Below the pieces are notes generated by a model that had not been told where the DNA came from, made no database searches, and was given only the letters and a program-made list of their open reading frames with translations. 64,000 nucleotides of DNA from contig SVRW01000002.1 in NCBI GenBank assembly GCA_015064625.1, positions 47,987 to 111,986 of the forward strand, given 5' to 3'. This DNA comes from Oscillospiraceae bacterium. GTDB lineage: Bacteria > Bacillota > Clostridia > Oscillospirales > CAG-382. Numbering within the stretch: position 1 is the first letter of the stretch; every line of letters starts with the position of its first letter. Positions 46,034-55,328 of the stretch are shown piece after piece. Position numbers and translations under genes: made by a program.

Positions 46034-48550
46034 ATGATTAAATGTATCGGCATATCTAAGATTTATTCTACGGGAAACAATATAGTAAAAGCTATAGATA
46101 ACACCGATTTGGAGTTAAACAGTAATGAGCTTGTTTGTTTAGTTGGACCGAGTGGCTCAGGGAAAACTACGTTGTTGAACGTAATGTGCGGGTTGGACTG
46201 CGTAGATAAAGGGGATATTTTTTTTGAAGACAAAAAAATAACCGAACTTTCGCAAAAAGAATTAGATGAATTCAGAAGAAAAAATGTAGGAATTGTGTTT
46301 CAAAGTTTTAATCTTTTGGAGGAATATAATGTTTATGACAACGTTGCTCTTCCTTTGAGAATATTGGGTGTGGATAAAGAAACTATTCGTTCTTGTGTTT
46401 TACAATCATTGAAATGCGTAAACCTTGAAAATTATGAGAAAAGAAAAATTAGTGAATTAAGCGGTGGTCAAAAACAACGAGTTGCAATAGCAAGGGCTAT
46501 TGTTAAAAAGCCACAAATTTTGTTTTTAGATGAGCCAACGGGAAATCTTGATGAGAGTAATACGATAGCTATTTTTGAATTGATTAAACAAATAAGCAAG
46601 AATTGTCTCGTTGTGGTTGTATCACACGATATAAAAAATGCCTGTGGATTTGCTGATAAAATTATTAATATAGTTGACGGAAAGCTGGATAGTGTCAGGG
46701 AAGGCAATGGTCATCATAAAAAAATCACAAAAATCTCAATTTGTGACTTGAATAATGAAAAAATATATATTGCAAAGGAAAGTGAGTCAATAAACGATTT
46801 AATTAATCGAATTGTTGAGGTTTATGACAAAAAAGACGTTAAGCTTAAATTGTCGGTTGATGTAAATAGATCAGATTCGGAAGAATCGCAACTTTTAATC
46901 AAACCCAACGATTTTCAATGTAGTAGCGGTAAGGCGGGCTTATCTCTTTTAGATAAAGTACGTTTGTCTTTGTTCAATTATCGTGTTCAAAAAGTTCGTC
47001 TAATTATAACATTCTTGCTTTTTGTGTTTACATCTACATACGCTTTGTTAATGTATACAGTTTCCACATATGACCATAAAGAATCATTGATATCTTATAT
47101 CCAAAAACAAAATATTCAAGAGGTGGAAATATATAAGACCAGTGAATATGTAAATATTTTTGGGGAAACAGTAACAGAGCAAACAAATGTTGGAGAAAAT
47201 CTGATTAACACGATTTCTTCAGCAATTGATAAAAAATACATTACGAAAACAATATGTATTGAAGAACTGGCTAACGGTGATTTGGAAGAAAGAGCCTCTT
47301 ATATTACTGCAAAGGTGATTAATTCGGAAAACGATAATTATTATAAAGTTGTTTTAGGAAAATTGCCACAAGACGAAAAGGAAATTGTATTAAGCGATTA
47401 TTTGGCTTTGGTGCTGTTTCCCAACGTGGAATTTAACGAAGTTCTAGGAAAAACCGTTTTAAATATTGATGTTAATTTTACTGTATGCGGTATAGTTGAA
47501 AGTGGTTGCTTTGAGGATAAAGGAATAGTAGATTCCGATACATTGATGAGCAAGTATGGGTTTGCTATCTTGAATGAAAAATACATTGAATCGTTTAAAA
47601 AACAACCTGTAATTAATGTGTCTGCTGGAGATATTACCTGCTCTAACTCTCTTTCCTCGTATGTTTCATCTAATGCCTATATATGTTCAATAGAAGACAT
47701 TGAGCCGTCTCTACTTATTGCGGGACGAATGCCAAACAATAAAAACGAGGTTCTTATTAGCTCATATTTGGCTGACCATATAGGCTTTGAGTATGAATCT
47801 TTATGCGAGATCACATATTCACTATTAGATATAAAGTCCGGGCAGTACAATGGTGCATATGATAAAATTAATTTGTATGACCTTTTTCCCAGTGAAAAAG
47901 TGCATATAGTTGGTGTTTTTGAAGCGGAAAATACCGATATGTTTTCTTATGCCAATATAGCATTAGATGAGACGATATTTAATGAAATTTGCGAAAAGCA
48001 CGGTCTTTATTATTGCTATAATGCTATTTACGTAAGATGCGAAGATGTCACAGAGGTTATACGGCAGTTTGATTTGCTTGATGTGAAAATTAATGAAAAT
48101 GGATGCCAAACAATATATATGTTTAAAGATACGATTGAAAATATCCAGAGCTTTTTGTATGTATTACTCGCTTTATCGGTCGCTATTTTTATATTCTTCC
48201 TCGTGTCATACGTTAGTTATTCAATAAGCGACAGGTCAAAGCAAATAGGAATAATGAGAAGCTTTGGAATACCTAAAAAAAACATAGTAGCCATTTTTGT
48301 TATTAATATAATCTTGCTATCTTTCGCTACGATACCTATAGTTATTGGGGGATTCGGCGGTTTGATAGGATATTTGAATCAAGTATTTGATAGTCACTAT
48401 ATGAATAATATTGGCTTTGATATTATTGTAGTAAACAAAATAGCGATTTTTATAATAGAATTGATCGTTTTAGCTTTAAGCTACATTTTTTCTTTGATAC
48501 CTATATTAAATATGTCAAAACGTTCTCCGAATGAACTACTAAATAAGTAA
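46034..48550 (+). CDS. Fused ABC ATPase / FtsX-family permease (MacB-like)
   Basis: Walker A GPSGSGKTT, signature LSGGQKQR, Walker B ILFLDEPTG. A TM helix and large extracytoplasmic domain follow, then C-terminal FtsX-type helices. ATG 46034 is preferred. Confidence 0.8.
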   Translation: MIKCIGISKIYSTGNNIVKAIDNTDLELNSNELVCLVGPSGSGKTTLLNVMCGLDCVDKGDIFFEDKKITELSQKELDEFRRKNVGIVFQSFNLLEEYNVYDNVALPLRILGVDKETIRSCVLQSLKCVNLENYEKRKISELSGGQKQRVAIARAIVKKPQILFLDEPTGNLDESNTIAIFELIKQISKNCLVVVVSHDIKNACGFADKIINIVDGKLDSVREGNGHHKKITKISICDLNNEKIYIAKESESINDLINRIVEVYDKKDVKLKLSVDVNRSDSEESQLLIKPNDFQCSSGKAGLSLLDKVRLSLFNYRVQKVRLIITFLLFVFTSTYALLMYTVSTYDHKESLISYIQKQNIQEVEIYKTSEYVNIFGETVTEQTNVGENLINTISSAIDKKYITKTICIEELANGDLEERASYITAKVINSENDNYYKVVLGKLPQDEKEIVLSDYLALVLFPNVEFNEVLGKTVLNIDVNFTVCGIVESGCFEDKGIVDSDTLMSKYGFAILNEKYIESFKKQPVINVSAGDITCSNSLSSYVSSNAYICSIEDIEPSLLIAGRMPNNKNEVLISSYLADHIGFEYESLCEITYSLLDIKSGQYNGAYDKINLYDLFPSEKVHIVGVFEAENTDMFSYANIALDETIFNEICEKHGLYYCYNAIYVRCEDVTEVIRQFDLLDVKINENGCQTIYMFKDTIENIQSFLYVLLALSVAIFIFFLVSYVSYSISDRSKQIGIMRSFGIPKKNIVAIFVINIILLSFATIPIVIGGFGGLIGYLNQVFDSHYMNNIGFDIIVVNKIAIFIIELIVLALSYIFSLIPILNMSKRSPNELLNK

Positions 48551-48615
48551 TAAAATTTAGAGGTCACGACATTGTACGTGTTTAACAGGGGATGGTTCTA
48601 AACCACTGAAAAAGC

Positions 48616-48715
48616 AAGGTCATGCATCTTTTTGACATTGACACTGAAAGAAATATTCTGCTTTAAAAGTAGGTGCTGTTGCAGATGTGACAGCACCTTT
48701 GCGTTTGTGAAAAAA
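48616..48715 (+). repeat. Right copy of the direct repeat (decayed 3' end of the ATPase gene plus a terminator copy)
   Basis: Encodes the remnant KVMHLFDIDTERNILL* compared with KVMHLFDDDTERNILL* at 44045-44092. The terminator hairpin at 48672-48697 is identical. Confidence 0.85.
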
Positions 48716-48792
48716 TATTTTGGTTTGAAAACATTGAATTGTATCTCTTTTTATGGTATCATTGTTTATAAATTACATTTGGAGAATGAATT

Positions 48793-49692
48793 ATGAAGCT
48801 ATATGCCCCAAAATATTATAAAGAATTTACATGCATTGCAGACAAGTGTAAACATAGTTGCTGTATCGGGTGGGAGATAGACGTTGACGAAGAAGCTTTG
48901 GAAAAATATGCAACTCTTGAAAATGGATACGGAAAAAAGATAATAAAAAGTATTGATTTTGAAGAAACGCCCCATTTCAAGCTTTTGAAAAATGACAGGT
49001 GTCCCCATCTTGACAGTACAGGTCTTTGCAAAATAATAAAGAACTTTGGAGAAGGGTATTTGTGTCACATATGCCGTGAACATCCGCGCTTTTACAATCA
49101 AATTGGAGATAGAATGGAGGTTGGACTTGGAATATCCTGCGAGGAAGCTTGCAGAATAATTTTGAACACGGACGAATATGACGTCATAACAGAGATAGGA
49201 GAAATATGCCAAGAAGCAGAAGCTGTAGACTTTGATTCGGCATTGCATCGAAAGGAAATTTACCGCATACTTTCAAGAAAAGACGTTGATTATAAAAGTA
49301 AACTTGAAATCATATATGAAAAGTTTGGCGTATATCCTTCTGTATGCACTGACGAGGAGTGGCGTGGGCTTATAGATTCTCTTGAATATCTTGATGCTTC
49401 TCATAAAAAGCTTTTTTTGAATTATTCTTTTGAGTTGCGCGAAAATGAAAAAAATGAAAAATATTCAGAGCGTGTGTTAGCGTATTTTATTTACAGACAT
49501 TGCAGTAAAGCATGGGATGAGACAGAATTCCGTGAATGGCTTGGATTTTGTCTGTTTTGCGAAAGACTTTTCGCTTCAGCTGTAATGGTATCTAAAGAAA
49601 GCGTTTTTGAAATTGCAAGAATTATTTCAGAGGAAATAGAGTATTCCGAAGATAACACCAATGAAATTACTGCTATGTATTTTGAAAAATGA
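48793..49692 (+). CDS. FliB-family (flagellin lysine-N-methylase-like) Cys-rich protein
   Basis: N-terminal PKYYKEFTCIADKCKHSCCIGWEIDVDEEALEKY and CPHLDSTGLCKI motifs typical of the family. Confidence 0.55.
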   Translation: MKLYAPKYYKEFTCIADKCKHSCCIGWEIDVDEEALEKYATLENGYGKKIIKSIDFEETPHFKLLKNDRCPHLDSTGLCKIIKNFGEGYLCHICREHPRFYNQIGDRMEVGLGISCEEACRIILNTDEYDVITEIGEICQEAEAVDFDSALHRKEIYRILSRKDVDYKSKLEIIYEKFGVYPSVCTDEEWRGLIDSLEYLDASHKKLFLNYSFELRENEKNEKYSERVLAYFIYRHCSKAWDETEFREWLGFCLFCERLFASAVMVSKESVFEIARIISEEIEYSEDNTNEITAMYFEK

Positions 49693-49792
49693 TTAAAATA
49701 CTGTTGTGGTCGAGAATTTCTTGACTATTGCTTCAATTCTTTTGAAATATATCTCTGCGGAAATTTATTCTACATAAAACGCAATATTTAAT

Positions 49793-49823
49793 AACCGCCG
49801 TGGATTTCGGCGGTTCGTTTTTG
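49793..49823 (+). terminator. Rho-independent terminator
   Basis: AACCGCCG (49793-49800) pairs with CGGCGGTT (49808-49815), followed by CGTTTTTG. Confidence 0.6.
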
Positions 49824-49846
49824 CAAAAAATAAATTAAAAAAGATA

Positions 49847-49875
49847 TTGCATTGAGAGTTAATTTGTGGTAAAAT
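49847..49875 (+). promoter_or_regulatory. Sigma-A promoter with extended -10 upstream of tadA
   Basis: TTGCAT (49847-49852), 17-bp spacer, TGgTAAAAT (49867-49875). Confidence 0.55.
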
Positions 49876-49896
49876 ATCAGAAAAGCGAAAATTAGC

Positions 49897-50400
49897 ATGG
49901 GAGAGCGTATGGATCAGCCTTTGTTGGATGAATTTTTCATGAAGAAAGCAATAGTTCGTGCTAAAACCGCCGCAAAGCATGGGGAGGTTCCCGTGGGTGC
50001 TGTTGTTGTTAAAGATGGCGTTGTTATTGCGGATGGGCGCAATATGCGTGAAGGTAAAGAAAACGCTTTGGCTCATGCGGAAATTATTGCTATTGAACGC
50101 GCTTGCAAGAAGCTGGGCAGGTGGCGACTTCACGATTGCCAGCTTTACGTGACCTTGGAGCCTTGCCCCATGTGTGCAGGAGCGATTGTAAATTCGAGAA
50201 TAAAGCGGGTTGTGTTCGGTGCTTTTGATAAAAAAGCAGGAGCTTACGGAAGTGTTTTTGATATGAGTCAATTCCCGCTGAATCATTTTCCTGAGGTTGT
50301 GGGCGGTGTCTCAGAGGATAAATGCGCTTTGCTTCTGTCGGATTTTTTCAAAGAATTAAGAGAGAAGAAAAAAGAGCAAAAGCGTAAGGAATCAGAATAA
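49897..50400 (+). CDS. tadA: tRNA adenosine(34) deaminase
   Basis: HAEIIAIE and PCPMCAGA zinc motifs. The start may instead be ATG 49909. Confidence 0.9.
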   Translation: MGERMDQPLLDEFFMKKAIVRAKTAAKHGEVPVGAVVVKDGVVIADGRNMREGKENALAHAEIIAIERACKKLGRWRLHDCQLYVTLEPCPMCAGAIVNSRIKRVVFGAFDKKAGAYGSVFDMSQFPLNHFPEVVGGVSEDKCALLLSDFFKELREKKKEQKRKESE

Positions 50401-50458
50401 AAAGGCGTTTTATGGAAAAAATATCCTTGAATTCATTTTTTTGAAGAGAGGGATATTT

Positions 50459-51274
50459 ATGTTCATGTATGAAGCTGAAAGAGAATTCCTTAACGCACGT
50501 ATTAAGAAATCGAAGAAAATATGCTTCCATGCATTGAGGAGCAACTTCGGAATCCTCCTTCTTTGTTGGTTTATAACGGCTGTTGTAACCTTCGCTTCCT
50601 GGGGTGTTTACGTTTTTATTGATTTTGCGGGATTTTTTTTGGATATCCCTTTGGACTTTATTTCGGCAGGTGTGGGAATAGCCATTGTGCTTCCCCTTGC
50701 TTTCGGTAACGTAAGCGTTGCAAGAGCGGTTATAAAGGGAAGAAAAGCCGATATTTATTTGCTTTTTGACGGATATTTCAATTTGAAACGATTTTGGAAA
50801 TGGGTTTCTTTTTACGTTATTTCACAAGCTCCTGGGTGGATAAGTGTTTTGGCGGTGGGGGCGGTTTCGAATAACGTGCAAAGACTTTTTCCTTTCTTCA
50901 AAGGCAAATGGGCGTTTTATATTGAACTTGTTTTTGAAGTCTTTACCCTCGTTTTGCTTTTCATCAATCTTTGCAAAAGTCTTTATTTTTTGTCTCTTTA
51001 CAGAATAGACGAAGATACGTCGGAATTTTTTGAAAAGGCTGAAAAACGCTATATAAAAAGAAAGAAATATTTCAGAAAATATATCCTTTCCAATCTTCAT
51101 TATATTGTAATACTGATTTTGGCAAGAGCTTTTCCACTTTATGCGGAGGCGTTATTCTTTACGTTTATTTTAGGATATTTTTCTTTGCTTGTTGTTTCTT
51201 ATTCGGAAGGGTTTGAAATTAAATTTAAAAAATATAAATTTGGGAGGTCAGAAAAGAGATATGAAAAAAGGTAA
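50459..51274 (+). CDS. Integral membrane protein (DUF975-like)
   Basis: Multiple TM helices. AGAGGG RBS before ATG 50459. The 3' end overlaps metG by 14 nt. Confidence 0.5.
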   Translation: MFMYEAEREFLNARIKKSKKICFHALRSNFGILLLCWFITAVVTFASWGVYVFIDFAGFFLDIPLDFISAGVGIAIVLPLAFGNVSVARAVIKGRKADIYLLFDGYFNLKRFWKWVSFYVISQAPGWISVLAVGAVSNNVQRLFPFFKGKWAFYIELVFEVFTLVLLFINLCKSLYFLSLYRIDEDTSEFFEKAEKRYIKRKKYFRKYILSNLHYIVILILARAFPLYAEALFFTFILGYFSLLVVSYSEGFEIKFKKYKFGRSEKRYEKR

Positions 51275-52826
51275 CGAAAAATTTTATATCACTACTGCCA
51301 TTGCTTATGCATCAAGAAAACCACACATTGGAAACGTTTACGAAATAATACTTACGGACGCCATTGCAAGATACAAGAGAATGACGGGTAAGGACGTGTT
51401 TTTCCTTACAGGTACAGATGAACACGGTCTGAAGATCCAACAGCTTGCAGAAGGAGCAAACAAAAGTCCGAAGGAATACGTTGACGGTGTTGCAGGGGAG
51501 ATAAAAGAGCTTTGGGATATGTTCAATATCTCCTATGATAAATTTATCCGTACTACAGATGATGATCACGTTAAAGCGGTTCAGAATATTTTCAAGAAGC
51601 TTTACGAAAAAGGCGATATATACAAGGGCGCATACGAAGGAATGTATTGCACTCCCTGCGAATCATTCTGGACGGAATCCCAGCTCAAAGAAGGGTGCTG
51701 TCCCGATTGCGGCGGCAAGGTTAACCCTGCGAAAGAGGATGCATATTTCCTTAAGCTTTCAAAATACGCTGATCAGTTAGTAGCTTATTATGAAGCTAAT
51801 CCCGATTTTATAGTTCCTCAATCCCGCAAAAATGAAATGCTTAATAATTTTATAAAACCAGGACTGCAGGACCTTTGCGTTTCAAGAAGTACGTTCACTT
51901 GGGGTGTTCCTGTTCCTGTTGACAATGGTCACGTTGTATACGTATGGCTTGATGCACTTGCAAACTATATAACCGCATTGGGCTACGATACAGAGGAAAA
52001 TTCTGACCTTTACAGAAAAAACTGGCCTGCTGAGCTTCACGTTGTGGGCAAGGATATAGTCCGTTTCCATACGATTTATTGGCCTATTATACTTATGGCT
52101 TTGGGCGAACCGCTTCCTAAACAGGTCCTTGGACATCCATGGCTTCTCTCGGGCGATGACAAGATGAGCAAATCAAAGGGCAACGTTTTGTATGGTGACG
52201 ACCTTATTAAGCTTTTCGGACTTGATGCGGTTCGTTATTATCTTCTTTCCGAAATGTCCTTCGGAAACGATGGAAGCATTACTTACGAAGCTCTTATCAA
52301 CCGTTTCAATTCAGATCTTGCAAACACCTTGGGTAATCTTGTAAGCCGTACGGTTTCCATGATACAAAAGTATTTTGGCGGCGTTATCCCTGCTGTGACG
52401 GTAGAGGATGAAGAACCCGAAAAGACGCTTAAAAAGGCTATTATGGAAGGTAAAGCCGCAATGATGGAGCATATGGAAGGTTACAGGACCTCGGATGCTC
52501 TTGACGATATTTTCACCTTTGTAAAAGCTCTTAACAAATACATTGATGAAACAATGCCTTGGGCGTTGGCAAAGGATGAGGAAAAGAAGCCCCGCCTTGC
52601 CGCGGTTATGGCAAACCTTGTAGAAGGTATTCGCTTTGCTGCAACGTTGCTTTCACCCTTTATGCCCGATACGTCAAAGAAAATAGGGGAGATATATGCG
52701 TTCTCTGATGACGAGATGACTTTGGAATCCCTTGAAATGACTTATCCTGCAACAAACAGAGAAACAAACAAGGGCGAAATTCTTTTCGCACGCATCGACG
52801 AAAAGAAATTTTTTGAACAGCTTTAA
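51261..52826 (+). CDS. metG: Methionine--tRNA ligase (short form)
   Basis: HIGH-type motif PHIGNVYE, KMSKS motif, and a CPDCGG zinc knuckle. GGGAGG RBS. Confidence 0.95.
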   Translation: MKKGNEKFYITTAIAYASRKPHIGNVYEIILTDAIARYKRMTGKDVFFLTGTDEHGLKIQQLAEGANKSPKEYVDGVAGEIKELWDMFNISYDKFIRTTDDDHVKAVQNIFKKLYEKGDIYKGAYEGMYCTPCESFWTESQLKEGCCPDCGGKVNPAKEDAYFLKLSKYADQLVAYYEANPDFIVPQSRKNEMLNNFIKPGLQDLCVSRSTFTWGVPVPVDNGHVVYVWLDALANYITALGYDTEENSDLYRKNWPAELHVVGKDIVRFHTIYWPIILMALGEPLPKQVLGHPWLLSGDDKMSKSKGNVLYGDDLIKLFGLDAVRYYLLSEMSFGNDGSITYEALINRFNSDLANTLGNLVSRTVSMIQKYFGGVIPAVTVEDEEPEKTLKKAIMEGKAAMMEHMEGYRTSDALDDIFTFVKALNKYIDETMPWALAKDEEKKPRLAAVMANLVEGIRFAATLLSPFMPDTSKKIGEIYAFSDDEMTLESLEMTYPATNRETNKGEILFARIDEKKFFEQL

Positions 52827-52837
52827 GGGAGAAAGTC

Positions 52838-53599
52838 ATGTTTGATTCCCACGCACATTATGATGACAGAAAATTCGATGGAGACAGAGAACAGCTTTTG
52901 CGTTCTCTGTCTTTCAGAGGTGTGAAGGGCGTAGTCAACGCAGGATGCTGTATTCCTTCGTCATATCGTTCCTTGGAGCTTGCTGAAAAGTACGATTTTG
53001 TTTACGCTACGGCGGGCATTCATCCTAACGATTGCTTGAAAACGGGCGAGGGCTATCTCTCGGAGTTGGAAAAATTGCTTTCCCATGAAAAAGTTGTTGC
53101 TTTGGGCGAAATTGGTTTGGATTATCATTGGCAGACTGTTTCGAAAGACGTGCAACGAAAGTTCTTCCATGAACAGCTAAAGCTTGCGCAAGGTCTTGAC
53201 GTGCCCGTGGTTATTCACGCAAGAGAAGCTGTGGGAGAATGTGTTGAAGCGGTTCTTTCTTATAAAGGATTGAGAGGGATTTTTCATAGCTTTTCGGGGA
53301 GCAAGGAGATAGGTAAACGCCTTCAGAATGCAGGCTGGTATCTTTCCTTTTCTGGACCGTGCACGTTTTCTAACGCCTCCAATCTTAAAGAAGTTATAAA
53401 GGAATGCGATATAAATCTCTTTTTGACGGAAACGGATTCTCCATATCTGACGCCACACCCGTTCAGAGGAAAACGAAATGATTCGTCTTATATAAAGTAT
53501 ATAATAGAGCAGATTGCTTCCGTAAGAAATATGACTTTTGAAGAAGTTGAAAAAATAACGGAAGAAAACGCCTTCAAAATCTACAATATAAATATATAA
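52838..53599 (+). CDS. TatD family metal-dependent DNase/hydrolase
   Basis: FDSHAHYDD (HxH), GEIGLDYHW, and the SFSG...ETDSPYL pattern. Confidence 0.9.
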   Translation: MFDSHAHYDDRKFDGDREQLLRSLSFRGVKGVVNAGCCIPSSYRSLELAEKYDFVYATAGIHPNDCLKTGEGYLSELEKLLSHEKVVALGEIGLDYHWQTVSKDVQRKFFHEQLKLAQGLDVPVVIHAREAVGECVEAVLSYKGLRGIFHSFSGSKEIGKRLQNAGWYLSFSGPCTFSNASNLKEVIKECDINLFLTETDSPYLTPHPFRGKRNDSSYIKYIIEQIASVRNMTFEEVEKITEENAFKIYNINI

Positions 53600-53684
53600 T
53601 TCGAGAAAAAACGTTGGGAAAAGCCTTATCCCAAAATTGCTTTTTTAATACAATAAATTTTCACAACTTTTTTCCTAAAACCTA

Positions 53685-53713
53685 TTGACAAAAAGGGCTG
53701 TTTGGTTTATAAT
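53685..53713 (+). promoter_or_regulatory. Consensus sigma-A promoter of the rpmG-secE-nusG cluster
   Basis: TTGACA (53685-53690), 17-bp spacer, TATAAT (53708-53713). Confidence 0.75.
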
Positions 53714-53786
53714 AGGTCTACTTACGATTATGAAATAGAAAGGACGAGTGCTTTTTTTACGAAAGGCACTATTTTGGTGAGCAAAA

Positions 53787-53936
53787 ATGAGAGTTAAAAT
53801 CACAATGGTTTGCACAGAATGCAAGCAGAGAAACTACGACACAATGAAAAACAAGAAAAACGATCCCGACAGACTCGAAATGAACAAATACTGCCGTTTC
53901 TGCCGTAAGCACACACCTCACAAGGAAAGCAAATAA
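53787..53936 (+). CDS. rpmG: 50S ribosomal protein L33
   Basis: Read directly from the sequence; it is below the ORF-track size cutoff. [49 protein letters not shown]. Confidence 0.9.
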   Translation: MRVKITMVCTECKQRNYDTMKNKKNDPDRLEMNKYCRFCRKHTPHKESK

Positions 53937-53991
53937 TAGTTTAATTTGTCGTTCTTTGTAAAGTAGTCAGATTTTTGAAAGGACATTTAAT

Positions 53992-54660
53992 ATGGAAAAG
54001 AAAAAGTCCCCCGGTGCTATTAGCTTGGGCGGTTTCGTTCTTGGTATAGCGGGTATAATTGTATCCATGGTAGGTATTGGTAAACTTCCCTTCAGCGGAA
54101 ACATTCTCAGTATGCCAACAAGCTTATTCCTTCTTTATTTAGGATTTGCTATTATGGTTATTGGTTCTGCTCTCTGGACTCTTGGCGTTGTTAAGGGTTG
54201 GGATGACGTTCCCGAAGATAAGGGATGCGCAGGACTCAGAGTTTTTGGTGCGTTGCCTTTTGTTACGGGTATTATAACCCTTTTGGGCGGCGTAAGAGAC
54301 AGAAGTGGAAAAATTATTAGCTTGGTTGCAGGCTCTAACGAAGAGTTCATGAACGCAAAATTGTTCCTCATCCTTTTGGGCGCAATTATAGCTGTTGTTG
54401 GATTTGCTATCTGGGGAATCGGTTTCCTCAAGAGCAAGGTTAAAACAACTATTTTGCTCAGAGGCAGTTGCACACGTGCAAAATTGCTCAGAGATCTTAA
54501 GAGTGAACTTAAAAAGATTTCCTGGTTGTCATGGCGTGATACCTACAAACAGTCTGGAATCGTTTTAGTTACCCTTATCATATTTGCAATTGTTGTAGGC
54601 GTTCTTGACTTGTTGTTCAATATGACACTCAATGAATGGGTTCTTAATTTGCTTAAGTAA
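53992..54660 (+). CDS. secE: Preprotein translocase subunit SecE with a ~160-aa N-terminal membrane extension
   Basis: The C-terminal ~60 aa (LKSELKKISWLSWRDTYKQSGIVLVTLIIFAIVVGVLDLLFN) is a canonical SecE. It occupies the conserved position between rpmG and nusG. Confidence 0.75.
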   Translation: MEKKKSPGAISLGGFVLGIAGIIVSMVGIGKLPFSGNILSMPTSLFLLYLGFAIMVIGSALWTLGVVKGWDDVPEDKGCAGLRVFGALPFVTGIITLLGGVRDRSGKIISLVAGSNEEFMNAKLFLILLGAIIAVVGFAIWGIGFLKSKVKTTILLRGSCTRAKLLRDLKSELKKISWLSWRDTYKQSGIVLVTLIIFAIVVGVLDLLFNMTLNEWVLNLLK

Positions 54661-54674
54661 TTGGAGCGATTATT

Positions 54675-55223
54675 GTGAATATTAAAAGAGAAGATACACC
54701 ATATTGGTACGTTATCCATACTTATTCGGGTTATGAAAATAAAGTAATGACCAGTATACAGAACGTAATAGAAAACCGTGGCCTTCAGGACAAGATTCTT
54801 GCGGTTACTATTCCTACCACCACTGTTGAGGAGGTAAAGGACGGAGTAGTTAAAAAGGTTGAGCAGAAGCTCTTCCCTGCATACGTTTTTGTTAAAATGG
54901 TTATGAACGATGAGATGTGGCATTTTATCCGCAACATTATCGGTGCAACGGGATTTGTAGGTCCTGGATCTGAGCCTGTTCGTCTTTCTAAAGCAGAAGT
55001 TGAACAGTTCCAGATAGAAGAAAAAGAACCCGAAATCATTACTATCAACCTTAACTATGAGGTTGGAGATCAGGTTAAAATCTGCGAAGGAAGCTTTGAA
55101 GGCTTCATCGGTATTGTCAGAGAAATTTCTGAAGACAAAACCAAGGTTGTTGTTACAACCTCCATGTTCGGCAGAGAAACCAAAGTTGATTTACCCTCTA
55201 CTTCCGTTACAGCTCTTGATTAA
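54675..55223 (+). CDS. nusG: Transcription termination/antitermination factor NusG
   Basis: WYVIHTYSGYENKV NGN domain and a KOW motif (GDQVKICEGSFEGFIGIV). GTG start. Confidence 0.95.
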   Translation: MNIKREDTPYWYVIHTYSGYENKVMTSIQNVIENRGLQDKILAVTIPTTTVEEVKDGVVKKVEQKLFPAYVFVKMVMNDEMWHFIRNIIGATGFVGPGSEPVRLSKAEVEQFQIEEKEPEIITINLNYEVGDQVKICEGSFEGFIGIVREISEDKTKVVVTTSMFGRETKVDLPSTSVTALD

Positions 55224-55275
55224 GAGTGAAACGAAGCAGGGTTAAATAAAAAAACGCTCCAAAAGAGCAATTAGT

Positions 55276-55302
55276 GGGAGGAAGCTTGCCAAGGCTTCCG
55301 AC
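55276..55302 (+). promoter_or_regulatory. Candidate L1-binding autoregulatory leader of the L11-L1 operon
   Basis: GGGAG-GAAGC(loop)GCTTC-CGAC hairpin lies 27-53 nt before the rplK ATG. The resemblance to the GGGAG/GAC L1 stalk mimic is from memory. Confidence 0.3.
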
Positions 55303-55328
55303 AAATTCACCACAAGGAGGAAAAAAAC

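Larger units (their letters stand above)
44141..48615. other. AT-rich 4.5-kb genomic island between the direct repeats
   Basis: Visibly lower GC and different codon usage from the flanks. It is bracketed by a duplicated gene end and has no recombinase. Confidence 0.7.

Noticed and set aside
44141-48615. A recombinase, integrase or relaxase that would explain the island's direct repeats
   Set aside because: I inspected all six frames of the provided ORF track in the island and none shows tyrosine or serine recombinase, DDE or HUH motifs. The mobility mechanism remains unexplained.
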